From Octopus bimaculoides (lineage: Eukaryota), in contig NC_068990.1 of assembly GCF_001194135.2 (NCBI RefSeq), positions 66,761,956 through 66,825,955 on the forward strand: a stretch of DNA of 64,000 nt. Reading direction: 5' to 3'. The notes under the pieces were generated by a model. The model saw only the letters and a list, made by a program, of their open reading frames with translations. It was not told the origin of the DNA and searched no databases. The translations under genes and the position numbers were made by a program. Shown piece after piece: positions 1 to 12,899 of the stretch; the stretch's first letter is position 1, and every line of letters begins with the position of its first letter.

Positions 1-10
1 TAAAACAAGG

Positions 11-181
11 TGTAGGTCAAAATCAGTTAGTCGGCATGATGGATTAAATGCTTTGGTTGAGCAGAATCCAAGAACAAAAGTTCGAAAAATTTTAGCAGAA
101 TTCCAAACACTTCGGACAACTGCTTTTGGACCCCTATAAAAAATTGGAAAAGGCAAGAAAACGGATAGGTTTGTTGCACAC
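11..181 (+). mobile_element. Mariner transposase N-terminal fragment (pseudogene)
   Basis: Manual translation CRSKSVSRHDGLNALVEQNPRTKVRKILAEFQTLRTTAFGPL*KIGKGKKTDRFVAH matches the mariner HTH/linker pattern GRP..D...L.ALVE.NPR.T.RELAE...KIGKVKKL.KWVPH. It has one in-frame stop and ends in a (GT)n tract. Confidence 0.75.
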
Positions 182-220
182 TGTGTGTGTGTGTGTGCGT
201 GCGTGTAAATTAACGACATC

Positions 221-1099
221 TTAAGGGATGCTTGAACGATCCAAAAGGTTGTAGTCGGAAGGGTCGTGATCTAGACTGTATGCAGGGCGTTCCTGCAGCA
301 CGAAGCCCAGTTTTTCAGTGTTTTCAATGGTGTGGACGACCGTATGTGGGGTTGAATTTTCTTGCAACAATAACACTTGCTTTGACCAAAAGCAATGACG
401 TCCGATGTGATTTGTATATTTTTGTTTATTGGCCAGCGTTTCAGTGTAGCCTATACTGGTGACTGTAGACTCCTTTTCCAGGTACTGTTTCAATATAAGC
501 TGTTTTGCGTCCCCCCCCCCCAAAAAAAAAACGATTAGCGGTTAGCATCACTTCTTCTAGGGAAGATTGACCCTTGAATTTCTTTCTTGCTGGCGATTCC
601 GCGTCTATCTGCTCTATACTCTACTCTGTGGACTCAAGCCCATAGTGACAAACCAAGACCTCATTTCCTGTGTCTATTCTTTCCAAAACGTTTTGCTTTC
701 ATCGTTTTAGTGGTCAAGATGACAGATCTCCATAGGATTACACTTATGTGCTTCGGTTAGATCTCTAGGCACCTGTCTCGCACATACTTTATCAAACCAT
801 AAGCTTGTCGTGGATGATTTCGTATGCAGAACCATGGTTAATTTGCAGAGAACATGCTACCTTATTCATGGCCACTCGTTGCTTCACTAGACCATCTTCA
901 TTCCAGTGGTGGAAGTTGATGACCATCCTGACCCTCTTTGTGCTTCACGCTTGCCCGGCCACATTTAAATTTCTCAGTCCACTCATACACATTTCTAATC
1001 GTCAGAGCGCTGTCTGTACTGAAAGCCTCCATTGAATTTCAGCCCCTGATTCACCTTCATGCCAGAGAAATCAGATTACATTGCAGGTGGAGCGGCCAT
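221..1099 (-). mobile_element. Degraded near-full-length mariner transposase
   Basis: Minus-strand pieces across frameshifts: MAAP (ATG 1099), FLWHEGESGAEI, YEWTEKFKCGRASV, SLQINHGSAYEIIHDKL, KVCARQVPRDLTE (WVPxxLT motif), KRIDTGNE (TGDE), QENSTPHT (HDNARPH), PAYSLDHDPSDYNL (YSPDLAPSD). Confidence 0.85.
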
Positions 1100-1233
1100 G
1101 AAAACTGGTGCGATCAAGGTCAGACATCGATTACGTAACCACGGTAGTACGACCATTTAGAACATGAGCGCTGAAGGCAATGCGGCCAGCATAAAGGGAG
1201 TTTTGACGAAAGCACGAATAATTTTTTACTTAC

Positions 1234-1234
<1 letters not shown>

Positions 1235-1269
<35 letters not shown>

Positions 1270-1374
1270 NNNNNNNNNNNNNNNNNNNNNNNNNNNNNNN
1301 NNNNNNNNNNNNNNNNNNNNNNNNNNNNNNNNNNNNNNGTGTGTGTGTGTGTGCTTGTGTGTGTGCGTGCGTGC

Positions 1375-1447
<73 letters not shown>

Positions 1448-1470
1448 CCTGTATGTATGCATATATAGTC
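1235..1470. repeat. (GT)n microsatellite interrupted by an assembly gap
   Basis: Read directly; N-run 1270-1338. Confidence 0.95.
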
Positions 1471-1974
1471 ACACTCACACCCGGACTACAGCTCATTAGT
1501 TAAGAAGTTCATTTCGCATTCATGAGTTCGGTCCAGCTGTGTAGCATCTGGGGTAATATATTTTTAGCACTGCCTCGATTCGTGTGAATGAAATTGGATA
1601 AACAGAAACTATGAGCTTCTAATTGAATGTTTTAGCTTTCTCACTTTCTGTGCCGCACTGATTCCGCCCAGGAATGACTGTAACAAGTACATGCGTGCGT
1701 CGAATACTCAGCTACTTACACACTAATTCAGGAGCAGAAAATTCAGTTGATCGTACAACTAAACTCTCATCGCTGAAACCGATGAAAATCCATTACCATT
1801 ACGTCGTAAATAGATATACTTTACATAAGCATATATGTAAATATACATGCATGTGTGAATGTATATTCATATGTTTATGTGTGTACAGATATGCACTATA
1901 TATACATATATATTTATACACATACACACATACATACATACATACGCATTAAGGTGCCTATATAAAGGTAAATA

Positions 1975-2285
1975 TCCTTTACATACGCCTAGAAAGTTCC
2001 CCTCCGAGGAACAAATCCGGGCAAGGTTGTTTTTATGGAAGACCAGCAGTCGCTCATGCATATCAGCCTTCCTTCACCTCGCCACGGATGTTTTCCAAGA
2101 GAAAGGCAAAGTCGATACAGCTTGGCACCAGTGACGTCGCAACTCATTTCTACAACTGAGCGAACTGGAGCAATGTGAAATAGTGATTTGCTCAAGGACA
2201 CAACACACAGCTCGGTCCTGGAATCGAATTCACTACCTTATGATTGTGAGTCCAAAGCTCTAAACACTAAGCCATGTGCCTTCAT
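1975..2285 (-). mobile_element. tRNA-headed SINE, family 3 (related copies about 16885-17150 -, 24890-25060 +, 45590-45775 -, 55100-55360 -)
   Basis: Minus strand reads GGCACATGGCTTAGTG..(A-box-like)..GAATTCGATTCC (B-box-like) then TGTGTGTTGTGTCCTTGAGCAA...TTGCTCCAGTT. Recognisably similar blocks recur at the other listed positions. Confidence 0.75.
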
Positions 2286-2329
<44 letters not shown>

Positions 2330-3202
2330 NNNNNNNNNNNNNNNNNNNNNNNNNNNNNNNNNNNNNNNNNNNNNNNNNNNNNNNNNNNNNNNNNNNNNNN
2401 NNNNNNNNNNNNNNNNNNNNNNNNNNNNNNNNNNNNNNNNNNNNNNNNNNNNNNNNNNNNNNNNNNNNNNNNNNNNNNNNNNNNNNNNNNNNNNNNNNNN
2501 NNNNNNNNNNNNNNNNNNNNNNNNNNNNNNNNNNNNNNNNNNNNNNNNNNNNNNNNNNNNNNNNNNNNNNNNNNNNNNNNNNNNNNNNNNNNNNNNNNNN
2601 NNNNNNNNNNNNNNNNNNNNNNNNNNNNNNNNNNNNNNNNNNNNNNNNNNNNNNNNNNNNNNNNNNNNNNNNNNNNNNNNNNNNNNNNNNNNNNNNNNNN
2701 NNNNNNNNNNNNNNNNNNNNNNNNNNNNNNNNNNNNNNNNNNNNNNNNNNNNNNNNNNNNNNNNNNNNNNNNNNNNNNNNNNNNNNNNNNNNNNNNNNNN
2801 NNNNNNNNNNNNNNNNNNNNNNNNNNNNNNNNNNNNNNNNNNNTTATTTATAGTTATATGTATACCTTAATGGATTTTTCTATCTCCTCTGTTCTAAAGT
2901 TTCCACCAATCGATTATTGTTTACTTAAGTTATTTACTTACGTTATCAGAAACTGGGGGTTACCGACGCAAACTACTTCAAACCCCGAAGCTCTATACTT
3001 GTAGAAAAGATACAACTTTGATATAGTCTTTCTCAGTTTTACACAGACTGACTGTCACCTAAAACTCAATAAACTCAAGTTGTCCTATTGTTTATTTTTC
3101 AGTGAGTTTAAACTTCTAACCTCGGGGTATGGAACCAGCTGTCCAAGAGAATAAGAAAATATTAGATATTACAAAGCATAATACATACATGTATTCTTGT
3201 AT

Positions 3203-3233
<31 letters not shown>

Positions 3234-3524
3234 TAAATAGTACATANNNNNNNNNNTATATATATGTGTGTGTGTGTGTGTATGGAGTTGTGTATTGTCG
3301 ATTGAATGCAAGAATACATATGCACATATTTACATACGTATATGCATGTATAAAAAGGGTATGTATATTTGTATATAGTTCGTGTGTGTGTATGCATGTG
3401 TGTATCCGTGTGTAAACCACGCATTTCCGAGAATGCGCACACTCTCATGCATAACCATATAGAAACACATTATGTGTCGTTGCACATATATTATAGTCAT
3501 GTGAATGCTAATACCATTCTTATA

Positions 3525-3600
3525 GTTGCTGCTGCTGCTGCTGTTGTTGTTGTTGTTGTTGTTGTTGTTAATGTTGGTGGTGGTGGTGGTGGTGGGGGGC
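3525..3600. repeat. Compound trinucleotide repeat (GCT)n(GTT)n(GGT)n
   Basis: Read directly. Confidence 0.95.
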
Positions 3601-3899
3601 GGGTTTAATGACGAAGTCGTATTTATTTTTGTTCCATTTGTTGTTCTTGCTTTTCGTAGTGTATGTAACTTCCAGAAAAAAAAAAACATTTTTATATATA
3701 AACAAACATTGAATTGCCAAATGAGTTGGTTTTTTTTGAAATGAAGGAAATCTCGAATGTAGGAGAATAACTGTGAAAATAGCTTAGAGAATCGGCTAAA
3801 ACACCCTTTTAGACCGAAAAAATAATCAGCAAGCCTGCAATAAAGAATAATGTTGCTGCTGCTGCTGCTGCTACTACTACTAATAAAAATAATGATAAG

Positions 3900-4116
3900 A
3901 AGCCTTTCTACTGGAAGCACAAGGCCTCAAATTTGCGGGAAGGGATTAAGTCGATTACATCGACACCAGTGCGTAACTGGTACTTAATTTATCGACCCCG
4001 AAAGTTTGAATGACAAAGTCGACCATAGAAGTATTTGAACTCAGAACATAATGACAAGCGAAATACCGCTAAGCATTTCGCCTGGCGTGCTGACGATTCT
4101 GCCAGCCCGCCGCCTT
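3900..4116 (-). mobile_element. tRNA-headed SINE, family 1, full-length copy
   Basis: Minus strand GGCGGCGGGCTGGCAGAATCG...AAATGCTTAGCGGTATTTCG...GTTCTGAGTTCAAAT...GTCGACTTTG...CTTTCGGGGTCGATAAATTAAGTACCAGTT...GGTGTCGATGTAATCGACTT. The same motifs recur in more than 10 places in the window. Confidence 0.85.
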
Positions 4117-4119
4117 AAC

Positions 4120-4120
4120 T

Positions 4121-4157
<37 letters not shown>

Positions 4158-4188
4158 CTACTTGTGGTGGTGGTGGTGGTGGTGGTGT

Positions 4189-4220
<32 letters not shown>

Positions 4221-4260
4221 ACAGCGACAGTAACAATAGCAATAATAATAGTGATGTAAT
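4120..4260. repeat. Compound (TAA)n(GGT)n(AGT)n trinucleotide repeat
   Basis: Read directly. Confidence 0.95.
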
Positions 4261-5699
4261 AGTGATGTTGACTGTTCATTTGTTGCGGGCCTGTTGAAGG
4301 GAACATTGAAGTTTTTTCCCAGAATCGTGTGAAGAGAAAAAGGGAAAGATAAGTTATCCTTATGGCCAGGAACTTTTGAGTACCCCTTCGTGCATACAAG
4401 ATTAACCCGACCACACAAGGCATGTGCCATCTTCTAACCGTGTCTGATCTACAGGTGTATGCATAGAATAGTTCCTTTCACTTTAACCGCAGTCACCCAC
4501 TTTTTGACAGTTTTCCTGGATGAAAGAGCACTTTCTTCATTATCCTCAGTCGCCTTTCCAAGTGGAAATCGTTAAGGTTGATGGGGCTTGAGCAAAGGTG
4601 CAGATGTCCGTCTGCAACCATTTCAGCCTCGTCCACTACATGCTCTCTTTTGTCATAGCCAACAGACATCGAAAAACAATCTACCCAGTCCTACCGAACG
4701 GGGGCAGTAAGGCAATGTTCACGATCGACTAGCCTGATAGCTGGATTCATTCTACGACATAATTCCACAAGTATGTTCCATTACCGCATGAGTGCATGAA
4801 AATCTATTTCATCGTTCTGCTCACATTTTGGACTGTCCTACGTGATTGGACTTTCGTGCCTGTAGAGCGTCATCAACCGGTAATTCGGAAATTTCCAAGG
4901 TTGCATTGCTAAGCTAAGGATTTCTGGAATTATGCATGGTAGTCACTGATACAAAATTTTCTCAAAAAGGCCAGCTTGTTTGTTCTCGTAAACGCCGACA
5001 TTTTCCCCAAAAGTGTCATCATTTTTACCTACAACTAGTTCTCTGTATGTAGTTAAAGTGGAACATCTGCCGACTGCACTGCCTAATTTTTCTTGTCACT
5101 GTGGCAACAAATGAAATGGGCATCGCAATGACAGGTTACATAAAGGTGACATGTCTGCTAGGACGAATGAATGAATCAAACACAGTCAAGTCTCTTTACC
5201 TGCCAAAGGCACTCTTCTCGCATAGCTATTGGTTTCAATCTACGGGTGCATTCTTAACACCATCTCTCATCATCATTACTTCCTTTTCTAAGTGATACTT
5301 GAAAAACTCAATGAGAAATGGTCCGAAAAGGAAAATGGCTTTCCTCAATTTTTACAGTCTTGTCCACCACATATCCTCTTGCGCTATAATTAATGGACAG
5401 AGGAAAACTACCTACGTTACCCTCTTGAATGAAAGCGGTGGAACAATAACAACTTTTAATTTTTGAGATTTTGAAGAACATAAATATATTTATATTTGAA
5501 AAATTAGGAAAAACAAATATGATATTTAGAAATGAAGAATACTGATCTATAATCAAATGGGTAACAACATAGTAGCCATAAAAGATGAAGGTTTATATTT
5601 GTGGAAAAATTAGACAAATGAAAGTGGGAAAGTGTAAGAGGATAGAGGTTACCTGGTAAAGAGAAGAAAATCTAATATGCACCAATTTCAAATATCCGT

Positions 5700-6700
5700 G
5701 CAGTTGTGTAGCATTCCTTTTTTTGAAGTTGGCGTTTTCTATTCTGAAAATAAATGCCTTTCAAAGTGTTTACATTTGCCGAATATTTCTGATTTGGTGT
5801 TTGAAAAGAAGTTTTGATAATGTAGATTTTTTAGGTTACCCCTTTCTTCTGATGTCATCTGATCTCACCTTTTGCTTCCATTTTTGTACGGTTAAAATAT
5901 TACGATTTCATTTGATATTCATTTAATTTTCAATCTGAAGTTTTTGTTTGTAATTTCCAGATGTGGTCGACTCTTCTTCAAAAGAGCAATAACTCCAAAT
6001 TATGAGCAAAAAAGAATGTACGACAAAAAAATGGTTAAATTGTATATGCTCTTCGCTTGTGTAACTTCTTTGTACTAATCCTTGGTTGGGTTTAATGCAG
6101 GTGATCTTTTCCTCATTCCCGGCTTTGCGGGTCAGGACCTATCGAGAGTATATGTGTTTGTGTTTGTGTTCCTGCAGTAGTATATGGATTCAGTCTTCAT
6201 GTCATTTAACAGGAAAAATGTAATCAGTTCCTCTGGGTTAATTAGTTCCATGATTTTGCTAACGTGTAAATTTAAAACAGTAGGTCTGTAATTTTAAGCG
6301 TCGGTTCTTCCTATTCTTTTGACATTTGGAAGAACTTACCACTTGCTAGAATCTTATAAAAAGTATCTAAAGTGGTTTTGAAAAAACCTTTTTTACGAAT
6401 TACTAAGAGAATATTAAGAAGCCCTCAATTTTGCTGACTTTCGATTCATTATGACTTCGGCTAATATTTCATCTTCTTTCCTTATATCAATGTAATCGAT
6501 GTAAAACTGTTGTGTTGAAGAATTCACTTGGCACCTTTATTTGCATGTGAAAAAACCTTTGCATTATTCATTCAGTAATAAACTTACTCTTCTGCTGTCT
6601 GCAGCTAGTGATCTATTTCCTTGCAATAATAGTACTATATTATAATCCACTGAAGCTAATTCTTTCTCGAATTTATAGACAACTTTAGCATTCGTTTTTT
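5700..6700 (-). mobile_element. Highly degraded CR1/L2-type LINE reverse transcriptase relic
   Basis: Minus strand about 6335-6200 translates VLPNVKRIGRTDA*NYRPTVLNLHVSKIMELINPEELITFFLLND, matching the RT pattern P..K.G.....NYRPISLTS.VSKIME.II...L..FL. Flanks are too decayed to bound exactly. Confidence 0.5.
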
Positions 6701-6974
6701 ATGTTGTCTACAGCCATGTTATATCTTCGTACTGTCTCATTTTCATAGAAGTCATTTATTTTATTCGAGAATTCGTGCTGTGTTCTTTTATATCGGACAT
6801 TCTGCTGTCCATACTTTGTTTATTTACACAATCTGTGATGTTTATTCTTTCTTTCAACAAACTTTTCTTGTCACTGAGAATTATATATTTGTGAAAGTTA
6901 CCCTTTCTCTCTAGGACATTTTAAATACATTATTGCTTGCATTTATACCAGTGAGCAGGCAGAATAGTCAAGAC

Positions 6975-7130
6975 ACGGGACATTTCTTCCGGTTCTACGT
7001 TTTGAGTTCAAGTTATACCAAAGAATTCCACCCTTTCAGGGTCGACAAGATGGTGCCAACTGAGCACTGGATTCATTGGAATCGCCTTTTCCTTTTCAAA
7101 ATTTCAGGCCTACCGCCAGATATCATAAAA
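6975..7130 (+). mobile_element. SINE family 1, degraded copy
   Basis: CTACGTTTTGAGTTCAAG...CCCTTTCAGGGTCGACAAG...GAGCACTGG...AAATTTCAGGCC. Confidence 0.6.
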
Positions 7131-7712
7131 AATAAAACTAGCATCAATTGTTTCAGCTTCAAGTAACTGTGTTGGATAGAGAGATTTTCGAATAAGTTGT
7201 GCTTCAAAACATTTTAGGGAATTGTACGCTCGAAGAACTCAGGTTCCCACGAGTAAGAATGAACGTAGTCTTAACTGCTTAATCTAAAGAGTTGACACCT
7301 TATCCATCCAACTTCGACGATTCTGCAGATTTTTTTTTTTTTCATTTTTTATTCTTAGCCAGGAAATATAAATGACGTTCACGACTAAATGTCAGTGATA
7401 TAATAAGAGAAAGAGAGTAACAATTTGAAGTATGGTTTCGAAATTGGATTTGCTTCTCTTAACATCAGAATCCTCATTGTATGTCATCTCGATTCGTGCT
7501 AGAGGTAAAAAGTAAATATAGTATATACAAATAAGATGTCTAAGTCTGCTGAAGCACGCATGCGCACACAGACCTATATGCATGTACAGATACACATGTA
7601 CATATGCACGCATGCACTTTTACGCGCGCGTGCACACGCCCTCGCACACACACACACACACACAAACACAAACACACACACAAAGAAAACACACACACAC
7701 AAACACACACGC

Positions 7713-7755
<43 letters not shown>

Positions 7756-8920
7756 TGCTGATAAAAGCTGCCTCAGTAACGATTTCAAGATAGCAATAAA
7801 GAAAGAGATTCTTGAGTTAAATGAATAGTTTTAGAAAACTAGGCTTCTCACGATAAATTTGGCAATGACAACCATGCCTGGAAGTAACGTTAAATATAAC
7901 TGTCTTTTTTTCTATGAATAGAGAGCTGAATTCAATAATAATAAAAAGTGCACATAACTTCTCATGAATAAATGTATCTTAATCAAATTTACAGAAAATT
8001 GGCTTAGTGACCAACTTTTTGAGGAGAAAACAAGAGTCACTTTAATTAACAAAACTGCTACTCAGGGCTTGCGAGCAGCGTTGCTGTAAATAGATAATGA
8101 TAAAGTCTGGGTCACTTATGAGATCTCTTAAATAAAATATTTTGATCTGATAAGACAGACAAAGTAAAAGGGTAGGAGTGTGAGGAGAAATTACTTGGAA
8201 TGAAGAAACGGGGGTGCGGTGGAGAGGATGCTTGAAAACAATAAAAATAGAAACGTGAGATGAGGGAAAGGTGAAAATGTTAAAAGATAAAAAGAGAGAA
8301 CTGATGAATAATAAAGGAAAAAACAACGAAGTAAAAGAAATAAATGTAAGAAATAACTTTGTTTATTTCTTTGAAGGTAGAAAAACACCTGAAGAAAGTT
8401 GTCTTCAAAGCATTCTATAATTAATTATGACTACTTGAAGCTTGTTTCATTTTCAGAACATGTTTGAAACAATACAGAGATGTGATATGCTACGGTTACA
8501 CACATTTGCAGTCATGTTTCATGCACTAACGGAAACTGGATAGCTTTTTAAGGAAAACAACTCAGGTGATCGCATGCGAGTGTTTTGGTTGGTTGTTGCT
8601 GTTATTGCCGTTGATGTTGTTGCTGCTGCTGGTGCTGCTGTTGTGGTTGCTGTTGCTGCTGTGGTTGCTGTGATTAGTATTGTTGTTGTTTGTACTTTGA
8701 CTCGATGGGTTAATTGCAATCTGTCACCGTTGCTAGGAATGGCAAATAAGGAAAGAAGTAAAAACATAATCACCGATTAGTTTTGAAAAACAATGATTAA
8801 TTATTTTTTGAAAATCCGCTAAAGTATGTATAAATGCAAGCATCGCAGGGAGATTCAGAGTTAGGTCCGTATAATGGCATGGTCCGAGTTCCAATGTGAG
8901 GCACATACATGCATACAACG

Positions 8921-8962
<42 letters not shown>

Positions 8963-8973
8963 CACACACACAC

Positions 8974-8984
<11 letters not shown>

Positions 8985-9054
<70 letters not shown>

Positions 9055-9056
9055 TA
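8985..9056. repeat. (GATA)n/(GACA)n tetranucleotide microsatellite after (TA)n(CA)n
   Basis: Read directly. Confidence 0.95.
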
Positions 9057-9599
9057 CAGGGTGCAGCAGAGAAATCTCCCGTGTTTTACACGGTCATTAG
9101 TGTGGCACTAATTTAGATAGTAATAATGTTATGTTTACATGTTGTTAATGTTTCATCGTTTTTTTCACTTGCCATTTTTGTTTACGTTGGTGGACGCCGG
9201 GCATGCGTTTCCTATTGAAACGTCTAATAACATTGGTGAACCTACGAGGTCTTTTTTGTTGTTGTTGTACCCTATAATATGTGTCTACGTCTGTATATAA
9301 CAGTGTAAAGTGCAGTTGGTATGACTTAACAATGTAACAAAAACCTAAGTACCCCGTTTAAGTAAGTAGAAGGGTGACTGTAATCGACTAAATCATTTAG
9401 AGCGGTACCCAGCATGGGCTCAATCCAATCACTGGAAGTAATTATAGAGTATCCCGATATATTTTATATTGTGCTAATTGTAATTTTATCTGTTTCCACT
9501 ACCTAAACCTGAAAATTATACCACTCCCAAAACATTAATTTTGCATTAAATCAATTGATAGTGGAAAACTTTATTTAAAGCATTTGACGAAATCTCAAA

Positions 9600-9980
9600 T
9601 TCTTTTATTCTTTTACTTGTTTCAGTCATTTGACTGTGGCCATGCTGCAGCTCCCCGTTGAGGAGATTTAGTCGAAAAAATCGACGCCAGGGTTTATTTT
9701 TTAAAGCCTGGTCTCGCCAAGTTACGGGGACATAAACACACCAATACCGGTTGTCAAGCAGTGAACAGGGGACAAACACAGACACAGAGACATAGATATA
9801 TACATAAATATATATGCCACGGGCTTCTTTTAGTTTCCGCCTACCAAATCTGCTCACAAGTCTTTGGTCGTTGCGAGGCCATAGTAGAAGACACTTGCCC
9901 AATGTGCCACGCTGTGGAACTAAACCCGGAACCATGTAGTTGGGAAGTAAGCTTCTTACCATACAGCCATCCCTGCGCGG
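9600..9980 (-). mobile_element. tRNA-headed SINE, family 2, full-length (half copies about 9300-9440 +, 17155-17448 -, 22845-23080 +, 34640-34875 -, 52940-53100 -, 54037-54240 -, 55400-55560 +)
   Basis: Minus strand head GCGCAGGGATGGCTGTATGGTAAGAAGC...GGTTCCGGGTTTAGTTCC, body GGCACATTGGGCAAGTGTCTTCTACTAT...GGAAACTAAAAGAAGCCCG, an internal (TA/CA) tract, and 3' end CAGCATGGCCACAGTCAAATGACTGAAACAAGTAAAAGAATAAAAGAA. Confidence 0.85.
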
Positions 9981-10016
9981 CAATCTTTCCTTTATTTTAA
10001 AATTACTACGAAGTCT

Positions 10017-10335
10017 AGGGCGGCAAACTGGCAGACTCGTTACCACGCGGGACAAAATGCTTAGCGGCATTTCGACAGTCTGATTTTCAATTCCGTCATC
10101 GTTGACATTGCTTTTCAGCCTTTCGGGATCGATTAAATAAGTACCAGTTGAATTCTGGGAGTCGATGTAATCGACTTAAGCTTCCACGACATTACAGACC
10201 TTGTGCCAAAATTTGAAACCAAAACTACTCAAAAGTCTCAGGTGACGAGCAGTATCGACTTTGCCTTTCATCCTTTCGGGCTCGATAAAGTAAGTACCAG
10301 TTGAACACTGGCCTTGTAACAAAATTTGAAGCAAA
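10017..10335 (+). mobile_element. SINE family 1, full copy plus a tandem partial copy
   Basis: GGGCGGCAAACTGGCAGACTCG head; the block TTGC(C)TTT(T)CA(G/T)CCTTTCGGG..CGAT.AA..AAGTACCAGTTGAA occurs twice. Confidence 0.75.
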
Positions 10336-10959
10336 TATTACTGAAAAGTCTAAGATAGTGACAGGCAGAATTGTTAGATCGTTAGGGAAAGACTGAGCGG
10401 CCCAAGTGCATAAGTAACACTTAATTTATCGACTCCAGATTTGTGAAAAACAAAATTATTCCTTGTGCAATTTGAGCTGGAAAGTTAGATAAACGATACT
10501 GAACGCTGTAATGCACACAGTCTGCTGTTATACCCTTCGTGTCAACTAGGGAGAGCACTAAGTAGGACAGGGGACTAGGCAATAATCCGGGACGCTAAAA
10601 TTGGGACACCACAGTTAACTTATGTAAAAAAATGTTAAGCCAATTAAAAACACGAGAGCTTCAGAAATAAAGAAAAATAAATGACATGAGCTGGGTGAGA
10701 GGCTGGTGTGTCACATGATTTGACATGGAATATTTCAGATTTAGTCGCTGAGAAAATTACTCAGTCATATACATACGGTAGTTGACGGGGTAGAAGAAGT
10801 GTAGGCATATTAGACGTATCCCAACTTCAGCAGCGCATATTCAGGAAAGTAATGTTTTTAGTGCATTAAAGCTTATGGGAAGCCTAACTTCACATATATG
10901 AACTGGGGTGCTTTTTGAGATTTTTGGAAAAAAAGTGCGTCTTATATGCATTCAAATAC

Positions 10960-12840
10960 TCCACTCACTCCTTCATTCTGTTGCACTCGATTCCACTACA
11001 CCCACCCTCTCCACCCCTCCTTCCCCGATACACATCCCCTCATCCTCACCCAAACCCGTCCGTTACTTCAACCCACGCACTTACTCCTCCGCTCTATCCA
11101 CCCAGCCTTCCACTACCCCTCCCACCACCCCTCCAACATCTAACTCATCCACCCCTCCACTCTTCAGTCTGTTACCATTCCTCCTGATCTTCCCCTCTCT
11201 GAGGCAGAGCGCTCTCTTCTCAGTAAGGGTCTGCACTTCATTCCCCTCACTCCATCCAGCAACGAATTTCAGACCCGTGCTGACATTCATAGCTTTGTGC
11301 GCTGCGTCAGGCTATATGCACTATTCCATAGCACTCTACTTGCATCTAATGAAGAGGACTGCTTCACCGACCTGGGCCGCCGACCATCTCCTGGCCAGTT
11401 CCAAGTAGTCGATCATTTTGCAAGCATCTGCCATCGTGTTGTGGACCGGTTTGACTTTCGCAAGCGTCCCCGGCATTTTAACGTCTCCCCGGCCCAACTC
11501 TCGACCCTTCGATGTTTCAGACGCCGCAAAGACATCTTCATAAACCGACTGACAATGGTGGAGCCGTAGTGGTGTGGCGTGCAGACCATTGCAGGCTGAA
11601 GCTTTTAGCCAACATCAAGACACCTCCTTCTATTGCCCTTGCCCTCCAACCCCACGCCTAACTACCAACAGACTGTGCTAACTACTATCCATGACCTCAT
11701 CTCCTCCTCCCGTATCCCTCTGACCTCTTCCAACCTCATTGTCCGCACTCCTCACACCCTTACCATTTACTTCCTTTCCAAAATCCACAAGCCCAACAAC
11801 CCTGGCCGTCCCACCGTCTCCGCCTGGAACTGCCCCACGGAATTTATCTCAAAATACCTCGACCATGTCCTTGCCCCTAGTTACTTCCCTCCCCTTCCAC
11901 ATCCAGGACACTAACCATGCTCTCCGTCTCTTCAACTCTTTCTCTTTCCCACCTGGCCCATCTAAACTTCCCCTCACTCTTGATTATCTAGAGTCTATAT
12001 ACGGTGATCTTACACAACGAAGGACTTCTTGCACTCAAACACTTCCTAGAACTTCGATCCAACCTCCCAATTGACATCCCCACACTTCTTCGTCTGGCCG
12101 AACTTTGTTCACTCCTTCAATTGATTCTCGTTCGCAGGGGATTTTTACCAACATTCCTCGGGAGTGGCCATGGGAATGAGAATGGGCCCCAACTATGCGA
12201 ACCTGTTCGTTGCGTACGATGAGGCCCAAATATTCTCACGATTCACTGGTCCCACTCCCGAACTATACGGTCGTTATATTGACGGCCGTATCGGTGTGAC
12301 CTCACTCTCCCGCGAACAAATAGACTCCTTCCTCTCTTTTGTCCAATCCTTCCATCCTGCCCTCGAATTCTCTTGTACTATTTTCAATACTTCCGTTGCA
12401 ATTCTCGACATTTGGGTCAACATACACCACTCCGCTTTCACTACCTCTATCCACTACAAACACACCGACTCACACTCATACATTAAGTTCTCCTCCCACC
12501 GTACCCACACCAGGCTCTCTATCCCTTGCTCCCAATTCCTACGTCAGCGCAGGCTCTGCAGTGACAACCATGACTTTGAGACTCAGTCTCAACTAATAGC
12601 TCGCCACTTCACCCTTCAGGATATCCCCGGACTCCCGCCTTCGCCGTAGACAAGAACATGGGCTCAACTCCACACCTCTTTTCATCTGACACCCCTCCTC
12701 TCCTCTCTTCATTCCTAACCACCTCTCTTTGTTGATACCAAACTTCAGCCACCCCATCCACAGCCACCCCACTCCTACATACCTCACGCCCACACCCACA
12801 TTCACCCCACACACCACCCACACCACACCATCATCTGCAG
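10960..12840 (+). mobile_element. Penelope-like element (PLE) reverse transcriptase pseudogene, 3'-truncated
   Basis: Frameshifted segments: LSEAERSLLSKGLHFIPLTPSSNEFQTRADIHSFVRCVRL, KDIFIKPTDNGGAVVVW, IYFLSKIHKPNNPGRPTVSAWNCPTEFISKYLD, AMGMRMGPNYANLFV, YGRYIDG (YIDD), FVQSFHPALEF, HYKHTDSHSYIKF, SIPCSQFLRQRRLCSD. All are typical PLE RT motifs. No GIY-YIG domain follows. Confidence 0.9.
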
Positions 12841-12899
12841 AATATAAATATATATTTATGTACTGGAAAACGTGTGAAATCCTTCGTACAGATAGGTAT

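Noticed and set aside
2188-3004. Long ORFs made mostly of X (also at 15812, 35348, 39542, 40462, 43540, 46487, 48586, 52033, 60849)
   Set aside because: They stay open only because N-runs contain no stop codons.
4360-4392. Mariner-TIR-like word AACTTTTGAGTACCCCTTCGT
   Set aside because: No partner TIR or transposase remnant found nearby.
10930-10960. Pogo/Tc2-like terminal word AAAAGTGCGTCTTATATGCATTCAAATAC
   Set aside because: Too short and no matching other end identified.
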